Positions 23,245-36,800 of a stretch of 64,000 nucleotides of DNA are shown piece after piece (within the stretch, counting starts at the first letter, position 1; every line of letters begins with the position of its first letter). This DNA is from Oikopleura dioica (taxonomy: Eukaryota > Animalia > Chordata). The position numbers and the translations under genes were made by a program. The notes beneath the pieces are model-generated. The model saw only the letters and a list, made by a program, of their open reading frames with translations, searched no databases and had not been told where the DNA came from. Location of the stretch: the NCBI GenBank assembly GCA_907165135.1, contig OU015568.1, positions 7,874,001 through 7,938,000 of the forward strand. The letters run 5' to 3'.

Positions 23245-24852
23245 ATGTTTTCGCCGCCGAGTTATACCGTGATTAGATGTTCAAAAAGGGACGAGTTTAT
23301 CGCCGAAATGTCAAGGAAGCTTCCAGCCTCGTACGAAGCGCGCCATTTGCCCGTTCCAGAAATCGAAAAGGCCGGAGCTGATTTAGGCCTCGTCTGTATA
23401 AAAACAAGAATCGATGATGATGTTCAACCGTTGAGGCATCCCTGCGACAAGCAAAACTACGAAGAACAGAATATCATCGTCGACAGTTCTGGCGGCGCTG
23501 CTCTTCTGAGGGGAGCTGATTTGTTCGCACCGGGAATTGTCACTTGCACGGAAACATTTGTTGGAGATATCGCTTCTATTTGGGTACGTATTATTATATT
23601 TCGTCATTTACGCTGCGGTTTTTTATTCATGAAGTTTTGACACGTACGGTTATTAACTCAAAATAAGCCGAAACCCGCAGCAACAATATCGTACTTTATT
23701 TTTAGTGCGATTCGTCGAACGATCCACAATCGCGCTCTGGAAAAGGAAAATCTAAATTTATTCTCAAAGGAGCGCGATTCCCAATCGATGAAAGTTTCAG
23801 AAGCCAACTTGTTTTTCTTGGGCTGGGAAAGGTGCTTATTCCGAGGAGCGATATCTTCTGCGAGAATCCGGTCAAAACGGGGGTAGCTGTTCAAATGTAC
23901 AGGCCAGGCATGGTTTAGAATTAAGGCTATCTACTTCTATCGTGTTTCTTCTAACCAAACATGAGTTTTCGATTGCCCGCCAATTTCCAATCATTTCCTG
24001 GAAAGCTGCTCAAGTGAAGCAATGCTGCAAAACTACGCCTCGGTGAAAATATGCGAAACCTTCGCCCGGAACCTAAAACACGGTGCTGAATCGACAAATC
24101 AAGAGCTTCTCGACATGTGCGCTGCTCCTGGGTACCGTGAGGCTTCTTCTCGATCAATTTGATTTATACGCATTTAGCGGAAAGACGACGTACTTGCTTA
24201 ATCGATTGCCTAACGAGAAGTGGTACGCAGCCGATAAACCGTCAAGAGTTGAACTGCTTAGAAAGAATACCGCAAAGATTGAGACACCCTTGGAGATAAT
24301 AAGTGGGGATTCGACAAAGCTGGACTTTGAAGATGGAAAATTTGATGGAATCTTGTTAGGTTGGGTTCAAAATGAACGAGATTTATTTCGGTAATTTCAG
24401 ACCAATTCTATTTGAAGAATAACTGTCATTACACATAAAAAGGCTCCAAAATTATAACTGCACACGATTATTATCTATTTTTGAACCATTTTCAAGACGC
24501 TCCGTGCTCCGCTACTGGCTCCCGCCCTAAGCCTGTGAATGTTCACATCTCAGAACGTCAAATTTCAAGTTATCAGAAGTTGCAGCGGAAACTAATCGCC
24601 GAGGCGGTTCGCGTGCTGAAACCGGGCGGGGTGCTTTGTTATAGCACTTGCAGCGTGCGTGTTGAGGAAAATGAAGAAAATGCTAATCACATTGTGAGCA
24701 AATACGGGCTGCAGCTTGTCGAGCAAAACTCCTTCAACCCTTTTTCCGCGAAGAAGACGCTAGTGAAGGGAATTAATAGAATAGAAGTCGAGGGGGACTT
24801 GATAGAAGATACTATAGGATACTATTGTGCACTTTTAAGAAAAGCGGAATAA
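23245..24852 (+). CDS. NSUN6: tRNA m5C methyltransferase with PUA domain
   Basis: GGAALLRGADLFAPGIV (PUA); LDMCAAPGGKTT; DAPCSATGSRP; LKPGGVLCYSTCS. Confidence 0.9.
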
Positions 24853-24885
24853 TCAAGAGTGATTAAAGAATCCCAACTTTTAAGA

Positions 24886-25522
24886 ATGGTTAATTCGAAG
24901 TCGGAAGAAACGAGTTCCAAGACATTTTCCGTCGGCGGGCACACATACACCGAGCAAGAACGCGACCGTGATTACTACAAGCGACATGTCTTTTCCGAGA
25001 ATCCTTACCTGGCCATGCCGAGCGTCGAAGAGACCAAACATATAAAAGATAGATATGCGAAGGCGGACAAGACGCAGGCTTGTTATCAGGTGCGAATGAA
25101 GCGCATGACGTTTCTTTTTGTTATGCAAGTCTCGTTCCTTTTTTTATTGAACGTTGTTTAGGTGAAGTGGGATTTGATTCACTGTGTGGTCGAGTCCGAC
25201 TGTGTTAAAAAGGATGGAAGAAGAGCGAAAGAATGTCTAATGAACAAACGCTTAGTAAGTAAAGACCTTCTCTTTGAACCGCGGCTGGCCTGAGCCCAAT
25301 GGCGGAAAGACAACTTAACTTTCTTCGATACCCGAGCATTAACATCTGCTCCTTCAGTTACCGAAAAAATGCAAAGTGTTGCAGAATGCGCTGCAGGATT
25401 GTAAGGCGTCTCAGATTTCGCAGCGGGCGCGTTTTACTGGCACTAGAGGCGTGAATGATCATGCCATGACGGACGAAGCGGCTGGAAATATCGGAAAATA
25501 TATGTGGGGCGGCAAGAAATGA
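24886..25522 (+). CDS. COA5: Cytochrome c oxidase assembly factor 5 (Pet191)-like
   Basis: ACYQVKWDLIHCVVESDCVKKDGRRAKECL...LQDCKASQISQRARFTGTRG matches the COA5 pattern (AC...DL..C...SDCV...C...CKRS..D.RARFRG). Confidence 0.8.
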
Positions 25523-25588
25523 AACTCCTTTTCTCTCTTTAATTCACGGTTAATTCTGCTACTTGCTCATCGGTTTTTGCTTCGTAGA

Positions 25589-26892
25589 ATGATAGAAACT
25601 GATTTGATGATCGAATTCGGGGCGATCATGGACGAGACCGAACAGTGGGCTGGTCTCTTTGAGTCTTTTTGGTAAATCACTGCCTTCGACTACCAGTGAC
25701 AAATTTTTTGTTTCTAGTTTCAAAACCAAATACCTCATTGAACGTCAAAAACGCGCACTACAGCATTTCGCCGAAGAGAACGAAACTCTCAAAGCTGAGA
25801 ATTCGAAGCTCCGCGCCAAGAACAGACGAATGAAGCACATGTTCATCGGGTTCGGGAACCGTTTCAAGTAAGTGACAGTCAGACTACAGTTAGAGTACGG
25901 TATCGTTTGCAGGGAGCTAGATGTGACTCCAAGTCCAAACAACGTGAAGGGGCAGCAGCTGATGCGATCCGAGTCAGACGACGATGGTGAAGTGAACGCT
26001 CCCTCTCCGCTCGATATGAACTTTTTCCCGTCCCCAGGATCACCTGTCTTCCCCGGTTTAGGTTAATCTTAGACATTCAACATAATCACTCATCACAAAT
26101 CCCCCAACAACTAATCGCATGAAATTTAAAGATTATTATTATTTATCAAAAATTATTTGTAATGCATGATAAAAAATCGCTTGGTGAACGAAATTGGTGT
26201 CTGTTCAATTACCCGCTTCTCAAATTGATTTTCAGTAACTAGAGGGCCACGACAACCACAACAAAATCAAACTCAAAAAACAAGTGCACCGGCCTCGGAT
26301 AATTCTGATTCCGAAAGTGAATCCGAGAAAAACAAAGCCCTTGGACCATGCGCATTCAAAAGTAAGCTACAGCTTTCGCTGGCATTATATAACGAGTGTT
26401 ACAGTGTTGATGCAGCAGAAACAAGCGTCGCCTGGAAAAACTCCAAAACGTTCACCTCGAAAGACGCCGTCAAAGAAGCGCACCCGCCCGCAGAGTTCCT
26501 CCAGCGGTCAAAGTCCGAACCAGAAAAAAGAGCAAAGCGGAAAGCTGAAGCAACTCCGGATGGATGTTTTTTCTCCTAAAAAACCGACAACCCAGGAAAA
26601 TTCAAATACCGGAAATGCAGAACGCCGCAATTCAGAATCAGACTCTTCTCAAAGCCCATTTAAAGTTCCCAAGTCTCCTGCCTCCAGGTCAGTTAGTAAC
26701 TCCCTTCACTATTCTTCAAAGTCCTGTAGATCCCTGTACCAAAAATTCAACACCCCAGTTGTTGCCCCTGACGTCCGAAGCTCCTCTCGCTCCGAAACCG
26801 AACCTGACGACCAACCAGTCTCCGAGAATTCGAATTCTATCGATCAAGAATGCCGAGAATTCAATCAAAAAGTGAAAGAAGAACCCGAATAA
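25589..26892 (+). CDS. Unassigned protein: N-terminal coiled coil plus S/T-P-rich basic disordered region
   Basis: Acceptor-ATG context like the other operon genes. Spliced exons ERQKRALQHFAEENETLKAENSKLRAKNRRMK and SPGKTPKRSPRKTPSKKR...KQLRMDVFSPKK. Internal exons not fully resolved. Confidence 0.55.
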
Positions 26893-27715
26893 GCAACTTT
26901 CTTATTTTAGACTTCTACTCAACCCTTCTTAGAATCAATTCAGAATCCATGATTCCTCATGTTTTTCAGTTTCCACAATTTCCATACAAGATTTATCTGT
27001 CATCTTTCCGTATTTTCAAAATATCTTCCTAATAAATGCAATAAAACGACACAAGATCAAAAAGAAGCTTTTAATCAAATTAAAAGCCCCTGAATAATTT
27101 TAGTTTATAGTCATTTGCAAGCCACCTGAACGGTAGTTACTGTATTCATGAAAGATATTGGCAGGGTAATTTTCCTCTTCAGAGAAAATGGAACTTTTTA
27201 TTTTTAAAACGTCCATCATTTCTTCGAGAGTTTTTAACGGCGTAGAAGCAGGATTTTTTATTATTTTTAATTATCTGTTGTATAAAAAAAACTTTCAACC
27301 CGGCCGGGGAAAATATTATTTTCTGCGGCAATCGAAAAACTGGGTTTTTAAAAGTGAATTTAAAAGCCGCTATTAATGCCTTTTAGCGGCTTTTGAAGAA
27401 AATTGTGCGTGGTAACTGGTAGATCATTTTTTTCTTGAATTCATTCAGATTCAAATTTTGGGAAAAAGAACTCGAGGTAATAAAGCGAAGATTGTGTACT
27501 TGTGTGATTTGAAAGAAGCGTGTTGGAAATTTTCAGAACGCAAAATTTTTTCTTGAGCAAAAAAGCAAAAATTATTCGTCAAAAATTTTCAAACAAAGGG
27601 TCCTCAAATTCGAAATCCCAAAACTCAAAAACGAAAGAAATCAGAAAAGAGTTTTATGTACATATTTTATCATTTGAAAATGATAGAATAAGGGGGATGA
27701 AATTAAGTTGGGTTT

Positions 27716-29314
27716 TTAATTTCGGATTTTTGATGATGTGTTGTGCTTTTGTGACTCGTTAAGCCAGGGGTGGTGTTTCACTTGGGTCAGGTTGATTCGT
27801 CGCTTTGGGTTCTTGTCCAACATCGATTCTGAGTTTGGGTCCCAAATAATTATTACTCAATTATTAGCCTGTTAACGATTTATCGGATGTTGCTCGATTA
27901 TTCCTCCTTAGAGTATATAAGATACTGTACCCTAACCCATAAAATTTTTAAAATATGCTAAGATGTTAGGATGATAAAAAACTGAGACCGTTGCTATAAG
28001 ATTCTTAACTCCACTGGTCAAAACCACACTATCTGGCCAGTGAACTCTTCGGGCGCAGATTTCCTCCGTCGATGCAAAAGGCAGTCTTCCTGTAACCAAA
28101 CTGTAGAGAAGAACTCCACACGCCCTGAAAATTGCTCATTAATTAACTCCTCTGATTAACGAAAGGAGCGATCCTTTGATATTGAAAATTATATGATATG
28201 CATCCGCGTAGTTTTATAATTACGAAGGCATGGAGAGAGCGGAATGTAAACTCATATCCGCATGTGCATAGCGCAGATTGATTCTCTTCAGGAGTTGATT
28301 GAAAAGTTCAACAAAAAAGAAAGAGCTTCGACGAGCTGTGCTTGCTAGACACGTGGTTGGATTTTGATCGATTTACGAATAAAATCGACTTTGGAAATGG
28401 ACCGCTTTTCGAATTTAAAAAAAATGATGGATCTTGCTACTCAGGAATTCGATTGAGCAAAATTAAGGTGACTTTGGAGATAAATTCATTGAAAAAGCAA
28501 AAGTTACCAGACTGTCTGTGCATATCCGTTGTATCTTCTCTCGAGGAACCACTCTGGTGGGTAGTACTGAGGAGTGCCAGCAAAATCATTGAATTCATCT
28601 TCCTTCGCGAACGCGCCGCAGCCAAAGTCGATAAGGGTAGTCTGAAGAGTAGTGGGGACGATGAGAATATTCTCGAGCTTGACGTCTCGATGAAAAACGG
28701 CGCGACTTTGGCAGTGCTCGATGCTGTCGATGATTTGGAGCATGATTTTCCTTAAAATCTTTATTATTCTTTTCTCTTGGCCGATCTCCTACTGTGACTC
28801 CTTTTCTGTCAATCTCTTGCGCTTGGAAACATAGTCGAAAAGATCCATTACTGGCGTGGGTCGTGCCATCACGACCAAGAAGCAGTCAGCGCACTCGAAC
28901 CATTCCAGCACTTCAACGATCCCAGAGTGGCGTTTCTCATTTACGCGGCGGAGTAAAGCAACCTCCATCGGCACCTAAATAATAGCTAACAGCGCTGTTC
29001 ATATTTTTAAAAAGGGCGGCCATTAAGTTTTCCCCTCATAATTGATATGCATAACATCAAAAAATTCAACAAAAGCTTACTTGTCGGCCGCGAACAAGCC
29101 CCCATCGCTTGACCCTGTTCCTCATGATTCTCTTGATGGCGACGGCTCGTCCATCGCGTCTCCGTCTGCCCGAGAAGACTGTTCCATTCGATGTGTCGGA
29201 AAGAACCTGTCGGAGAGAGTACAGATCGCGCAGTGTTACAGCTCGGTTTCGCTCGGGCTCTTCTTCAGATGACGAACTGCCGGAAATTGAACGGGAAGGG
29301 GACAGTGGCGGCTG
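27716..29314 (-). CDS. PIM-family Ser/Thr kinase, exon 2 to last exon (probable exon 1 at 37178-37294)
   Basis: AVAIKRI...VPMEVALLRRV...VMARPTPVMDLFDYV...HRDVKLENIL...LIDFGCGA...GTPQYYPPEW...MLDKNPKRRINLTQVKHHPWL. Confidence 0.9.
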
Positions 29315-30897
29315 CTAAATAGAAAGTTAAAAATGATCAAAAAATAAGGCCTTTTGAATCCTAAAAGCCTCTAGTTTCATAGAATATCAGTGTATTTAAC
29401 TCCCTTTTATTCAATCAGACGAGGGATGAAAAATTAATCTGCCACAAATTCGGTTATAATTTTTATTCAGTCTGTTGTGGACGAGCCATAAATGGAAATG
29501 CACTGTCGACAGGTCCGAAAAAAATGTTGACGAAATAAATAAAATATTTATGTCGCTAATCTATGGAATTAGTACCGCTCCTGCAACTACTGTGTCTGAC
29601 TGTAATAAGGCAGAAATACTTAGAAACCGCTTCATTTAGCGTCTGAAAAAATCAGGAAAAAATGATGATGATCGTAGAGAATAAGAAGGAAGACCTCTTT
29701 TACAATTTGAAAAAGGTAAGCTTAGAGGATTAAGAACGCGGTGGGATTTTTAATTTGAGATTTGTCGAGGTAGACAGAATTCTGAATTCATTTCAAGCAG
29801 AGTTTTCAGAGAAATATGGACTATCTTTTTTATATACTTAGAAAGGTTCGCTAATTGTCTCATAAAGAAGTCAATATTTCAGCTTATGAAAATATATATA
29901 GTTTTCTGAATAATACAGTTTGCAGTTTAGACTACTGATAATATACTTCATAGTCTATGGCTAAATTTGTCGCACCTGGATGACCAAGATTATAGTTAAA
30001 TCAAGAGAGAAGGAAATAAATCCTCCCCTTCCATTTTATTTACAGTTCTTTTTGTGCGTTTTTCAGGAGTGTAGCTAACTCCACACACGACTGTAAGTAA
30101 CTCTGTGGCTTTTTAAAAACAATAAAAAACAGGCTTCCAACAGAAAGCCACAAGCGGTCAAATCTATCTACGTATAGATTTGTTAACAGATTAATTTAGA
30201 GAGCACGGAATAACTACGAACGCCTGACTCAAATGGAAAATCCACCGAAAAAATCAAGATCGAAGAGAAGGAAATTTAGAAAAAGATTTTTCGAAAACAC
30301 GGTCTACAGCGACAGTGAAACGCAGGAACGATTCTTAGAGAAAAAAGTTAATACAGTGATTTTGTCAGTAACTCAGCTTTTTGAATGTGACAGTAATCCT
30401 CTGCTGATGCAAAAGGAAGTCAAATTCGAAGTAGTTTTCGCTCGACACCGATTCAATGAACCTTTTTCTTTTTCTTTGTCTATCAAAAATAGAGACGCGA
30501 GTTGGTTTATATTTTCAGTATTGCAAGGTCAACCCTTTTTCTTTCTGTTACCTGCTGGTATTATCGAAAATCAAAGCGGAAACCAAATTCAATGGAAACC
30601 TTTTTGCGCGGTCGAGTCACATTTTCGCGAAAATATTGCGCGATAAATTCACCAGCAAACCCACCAAAAGTTCAACAAAAAAGTCGCCATCCGTCACGGC
30701 CTTGCATAAGAGTCGATTTTTCATTTGCTCATTTTTGTTATTTGTTGCTTATTTTTTTCGCAAAGTAGGGGCTAATGAGGGCTAATTCGTGCATTTGTTT
30801 ATATTAAATAAAATAATAAAATAATTTTAACGGGCTTTTCTGGAAGCTCGTTTAAGTAGAAAATTATTTGTTTGACGTGAGAAATATTAAGAATTAA

Positions 30898-33800
30898 ATG
30901 CAGACAGGAAAAGATGAAGCGAATGCTGAGGTAAGTCACTTTCAAAATTAGGTTTCTGCATGTATGTATCTTCCCTTATTAACGGTATAAAGAGAGTGGA
31001 CTGAAATCAATGTTGATCAAACATTGTCAGTATGCGACTGATGAGCATTTGGTTTTTAGAGAGCATTTTCTCGGAAAGACTTTTTCACAAGACAATAAAA
31101 CGAGGGGTCGAATATAGTAAACGCAGGAGTACAACTTATGAGGTAGAATTTTAAAGCTCATACTTTAGTTACCCCCTTTAGGCAGGCACTGATTATGCCT
31201 AGGCTCAGCAATCTGTGTGGAAAAACTGAGTCAGGGTCTGAAAGACAAGTTATCAAAAGCCGCGTGGCGGCTTTTTTTTAAAGAAGCCGCAATGCGGCTT
31301 CACCAGAACTATGTAACCAACTGATAGTCAAATTCTAGCGAAGCCGCTTTGCGGCTTCTTTTCAAAAAAAGCCGCTACGCGGCTTTTGATTACTTGTCTT
31401 TCAGACCCTGATTCAGTTCTTCCACACAGGTTGCTGAGCCCAGCATTATGCCCCCCTAAAGACGTCACATCCTTTTTCAGAACATCTACGAATACTCGCC
31501 CTGGTTGCGTCAAATTAGAAGCTCCGGGGTGCACTGGGTGCGGAGGATAATCTGGTGCACTATTATTTTCCTCGCCGCCTCGCAAAGGAAAAGGTTCAGA
31601 TCTCTCTGCGGCATTTCCTCATTCAGTACACGACACACTCTTCCACGTACATGCCGAGTTCAATTTCAATTACGCAGCGATTTATTTCTTTCTCACGGTC
31701 TTGATACGAATTCGAAAATGAACCTTTCCCAGTATCCGGATGATATTCAACAGGAACTTGTTTTGAAACAAAATTGACGAGTCTTTTTATTTTTATTTCG
31801 AAAAGAAACATTGGTTTTGTTGAGCAAGTTTAATTCAGCTATGCGAAATTCAAGAGATACCCTTCCTATTTAAAGCCAGGGCTCGCTAGCCTAACAGTAG
31901 TTATCGTCGCTACTGTAAGCTATTTCCTAAGCCCGCTCAAAAGGAAGAACCAGAAGAAAACGTCACATCGGTATTTCCGAAAATTACCGTCTGCCTGAAC
32001 ACGATGCATTCTATGCGCAAACTTTTTAGAAATTACCCCCAAATTCTAGGGCCCAGTTCGAAATTGGATTAGCGAGGCTTAATTTATCGCAAATAAGCTT
32101 ATCAAAATTGAACGCTCTTGAACGTGACCGAGCGGGAATCGGAGATTATCCGATTTAGCTTAGCGAAATTTGAATAAGCAAAAAAAAAATCACTTTTCGA
32201 ACTTCACTTCAGCCCCGGATATACCCGGCGTTCACGTCAATTTCGCTCTATTATCCGCATTCTATGGGCAACTAAATGGATCTCTTCCGACTTGGGCCGC
32301 AAATAATAGAACGTTCAGGTAGTGGACTCGATTAGGGTGGAAATTAGTGGCTTCTTGGAGGCCTCGATAAAATTCTAACCGCGGTTTTCAGAGAATATCT
32401 CCAGCAGATTGACGTCCCTGAGTTTCTGCGAAAAACCAACTCTGGTATGTTCTTTTTTAGTCAAAAAAGGACGACAGAAGAAAAATTGAATTTTCGTAGA
32501 TGTGGAAATTTTCGGCTGTCGATTTGGAAAGTACGACTGCAAAAATGACTGGACAACCAAACGCACTCTTTATGGAAGTTGCAAAGAAATCGTCCCAAAG
32601 CGCTTCAGAGACGACTACGGCAATGAAATCACGGCACAGTCTTTGTCTCTTCTAATGCCCTAGGTTTAAAAATCGCGCAAGGGTTGCCCTTAATGTTCTA
32701 GCGTTTCCAGAGAAGGGGGATAATGAGCTGCGGGCGCTAGAACGTTGATAATTTACGTGGAAGGTTCCTCGAAAAGAAAAATCCGACGAGCACTTCTAAC
32801 TGCCAGTCTGGCCAAACGAATCTGTTCCATATGGAACGTGTGTTTGACAAGACACCCTTAATTCTTAAATTCAAGAGTAGCTCTTTTATAAACCTATCAA
32901 CAGACTTATAACTTGACCGACTGGGTTTCAGGAGGATGGGCTCATTATTTGGAGGTAAGAAAACTGCCCTCAAAAACAGCTGATTCGAGGCATTCTTTCA
33001 GGGATATACCATTTACTACTCTCATCCGGACGACAACGCATTTTCCCCAACGAATGGAATTCTAGTCGCGGATATAACCCGTGGAGTTCCGGTATGTTTC
33101 CTTGACGAACTACTCGTAAGCAGAACTTATACTTATAGCCTATTGGAAGTAAAAATAGACTACTGTTGTAATTATCCATATGTTCTAGTGACAATCTTAT
33201 GGTAGTAGGGATTTCCTTTTCGGCAGAAATGCCAAAAACTTCGATGGTTTTTTTCTGATTTCCTTTTCGGCAGCTTGCCGAATAGTATTTCCAATTTCAA
33301 GCCTTATTTCAGGAATACTTTTTGGCAGAACGCCGAAAAGGAAATCACAATTTAAAGAAAGCTTTTCGGCTAAATGCCGAAATGAAAATCATAATTTAAG
33401 GGATCACCCCCCGATTTTTCAAAACTTTGGCATCGGTCATTATTGCCTATTATTAGATTCCTCGTGTTCTGAGGATCATTTTGATATATGATAGTACCCC
33501 TTTACATAAATGCATCCCCGAAATTTTGGCTCCCAAAGTTCGGGAAAATGCATGTAAATTGTACTTAGCGTGAAAATCGCAATTTTTTTCGATTTTTCAA
33601 AGTCATCGAAATAACACAAATAAGGGCTCTTTCGAAAGCTTAGAATGTGAAGATTACGAATATAACAACCGCACTAGAATTTTCGGCCAATTGTTGGCGC
33701 TAGAGAGCATTCTAACACCCAAATAACGCCAAAAATGGTTTCAAAAAGTTTTACAACTAGAATTTTTTTATTCACTTATCCGATCATGCTGATTCTACCA

Positions 33801-36800
33801 AAAAATAAAGATTAGCGTCTATACTTTTAGATAAACTAAAAAGATTTTGAATCCTAAAGCCCAAAAAAAAGTAGATACGATTTGAAAATGACCTAAAATG
33901 GCCATTTTTCAAAATGTTAATCACTTTGACGGCCTGTAATGCATAAGCGAATGTTTTGCTGGCAAGCTGATTCTACCAGAATTTGCTCCTTTCGAAGCGG
34001 GCTTTCTAATGCGCCCAAAACCAGCTTCCTACGTCAGCTCAAAAAAAAGTAGATAGAGGTCAAAGTTGGCGAAATCGGGGGGGGATCCCTTAATGAATTC
34101 TTTTCGGCAAAGTGCCGAAATGGAAATCATTATTTGGGGAAAACTTTTCGGCAAGCTTTTTCATTCAAGTTTACATGAAAAGCTCTACTTTTAGGTAGAA
34201 AATTATCAAATCTAATCATCCCCTACCTGGGGGCTCCGCCCCCTAGGTCCTAAAATGCCGGAGTCTAGTCTAGGGTTACTTAGGGTTACCTGCGGTAACC
34301 CTAACTAACCCTAGCCTATCCCCCTAGGGTAAGGTTGTTCTGTCATTTTGCCCAGTGCCCCTAACCCTAACCTTTATTTTAGTAAATACTATAAATTAAG
34401 CATTATGCTTATTTATTCTTTCCTGCAAAATTTAAAAGTTTCCTTAAAAAATTAATGCATCACTTTTAATTTCTAGTAGGATATACTGTCTTCTTCTTTC
34501 TAGACTTTTGAATTCTTTCTTTAAAATGTGCCGAAAAGCTTTTCCGAAAAACGAATGAAATAAAGTAAATGCTTTCGGCAGATCTGCCGAAAAGCTTTCC
34601 CTCTAACAGGAAACAATTCTGATTTCTATTTCGGCAAAGTGCCGAAAAGCTTTTCTAATAAATAGGTTAAACATGGTAATACTTTTCGGCGGTGTGCCGA
34701 AAAGTAAATCAGAATTATGCCTTCAAAATGATTTTCTTTTCGGCTGCATTTGCCGAAAAGGAAATCCTTACTACGAATCTTATTCATAGAACTCATCTTG
34801 CGTGGCTCAAAATGAACAGTTGTCCCCAAATAGAATGGTTTTAGAAAAACGCTATTTTGTAACAACAAAGTTCATTTCAGATCGTGTCCATGTTTGAGAA
34901 GAGAACCCATCTCATTGGAGGGCAATACTCGAAGTGTGTCGGTAAGATCAGAGTAGAGCATTAGAGGGTCACTATTACAGTGAGTAGGAGCGCTTACTTA
35001 ATTATAGCGCACGATGAGCTGAGAAAACTGCACTACTTTGACACGTACACCAAGGAGCAATGCAGGTTTCGGGACAAGTTTCTTAGCGCTTATTAGTTTT
35101 AGTAACATACTACAGGATCTAACTGTTATAGCATTATTGACTACATGTATTTGAAACACAGTCGTCATTACTGTCAGACAAGGCGGTAGGTAAACATAAC
35201 GTTGTGTCAGCAGAAACCCTCAATTTGGGCCAATAAGAACGCTCGAAACAGCGCCATCTACAATGTAGACAATCCCGAAACCAAAAAATAGACAAGACTG
35301 TATGTTGCTTCAGGTCCAAGAGCAATGCGGATGTTGGCCAGCATTTCTGGTAACTTTTGGATTATTACAAAGCCAAGACTTACAGTAATACTACTAAGCC
35401 GCCGAAGCACAATCACGTCAAGATTTGCGACTTTATAGAGCACGCTGAGTGTGTTGGTAAGTCCTTTTCGATGAAAAAAAGAGAGAAGAAAAGTGGGAAT
35501 TATGTAACCTTGTAAGTGAGGAATATTCTAAGCCCCACTGCTGGCGAATTTTGAATATTCAAAGTTCTGCAACTGCGCACCCAAATGTGAAGAAAGCGAG
35601 TCGTTCTGCGACTCAATTCAATACGGCAAGTACCATGGAACACGATCAGGCCAGATAAAAAAGGACAAAATGCTCACCTCCATCATGCTCTACGTCAAGC
35701 CAGAGCAGAGGTGAGTGTAACGGTCATTAAGAAAAATATGATGAGCTTTCGAAAATTCAACATTCATTTCAGAGTTTTCCGAACGGAGCAGGTCGAGTAC
35801 GACATGACGCAATTTTTCTCAGGCAGCGGCCGTAAATTCAAAATTCCGTCTTGATGATGTTTGGCGTGTTTCATCAAAAGGTCTCGGACTTCAAGTGATC
35901 GAGTGAATGAGTGTTGAACAAAATCGATCACAAATATAACCCCAAAGTTGTTACTAGAATTATATTTTGAAGAAGACGCCTTTATCATCAGTTATCTCGC
36001 CAGCTGTCGCCTAATTGTGAGCCAATTTGTTGACACTGATTTCGGACCTTTCACGATAAATATTTCGGTTCTTGTTAAACTAGTTCAACTAGTTTTGCTT
36101 CATTGACCGAATTTCTTCGACAGAAAATCAAACAATTGAATGATCACTACAGTAGATGAGCTTCAGAATCAGATGTTGATAACGGGTTCAAAAAAAATTA
36201 CGGCTGGAATTTTAAAAGCCGCCTTTGAGACGTCGGCGGAGCAGCAGGCCTCTTGCTCGGTATTTCGCTAACTTCGCTGTTTGGAATGCTGGACGCGATT
36301 TTTTGGATAATTGTGGGCTTCCTTGTCAAGAATAGAAGAAGGATCAAGGTAGGCCACAATAAGCAACGGTCAGTTATGTACAAAGCAGTGCTAATTTGAA
36401 AAAGCACTTCTATTTCAGCGCTTGTTCCAAGCAGCTAGGTTTGTTTTTGGTGCTGAGTTTTTAACTAGAAAGTGCGTTTTTTGCCTTGAACCTCAAATAA
36501 ATGGATTTCTAAGCAAACTCAATTATTATTGCCTGACGATTATCGAAATCCGTTAGTATGTTTTGAACAAGTACATTACTAGCCAATTATTTATTGTAAT
36601 TGGAGTCTGCTTAATTTGTAGCTCGAGGAAAGGTTTTGTAATTGGCCTTTTTCTAGAGGAAGATCAACAACGAAAAGAAGATTCAGTTTAAAGATCGATC
36701 GATCAGCTGCACTGGGGAGGAATTCGAGGCTTTAGAAAAAACGTCACCGGGTGAGAATGTCTCTGATTATACAGATGCGCTATTTTGTGAGCAGTCCAGT

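Noticed and set aside
25589-25870. CtIP/RBBP8 identity for the orphan coiled-coil gene
   Set aside because: Only generic coiled-coil similarity; no CxxC/RHR Sae2-like C-terminus seen.
29109-29318. ORF-track entry labelled minus (MTLFLMILL...)
   Set aside because: The peptide actually reads on the + strand from TTG 29109 and is an antisense shadow of PIM exon 2.
30233-30785. Overlapping 88-137 aa ORFs
   Set aside because: AT-rich, no recognisable motifs or splice context; likely non-coding or repeat-derived.
31038-31080. Another CTGATGA...GAAA hammerhead candidate
   Set aside because: No stem I or stem III complementarity.
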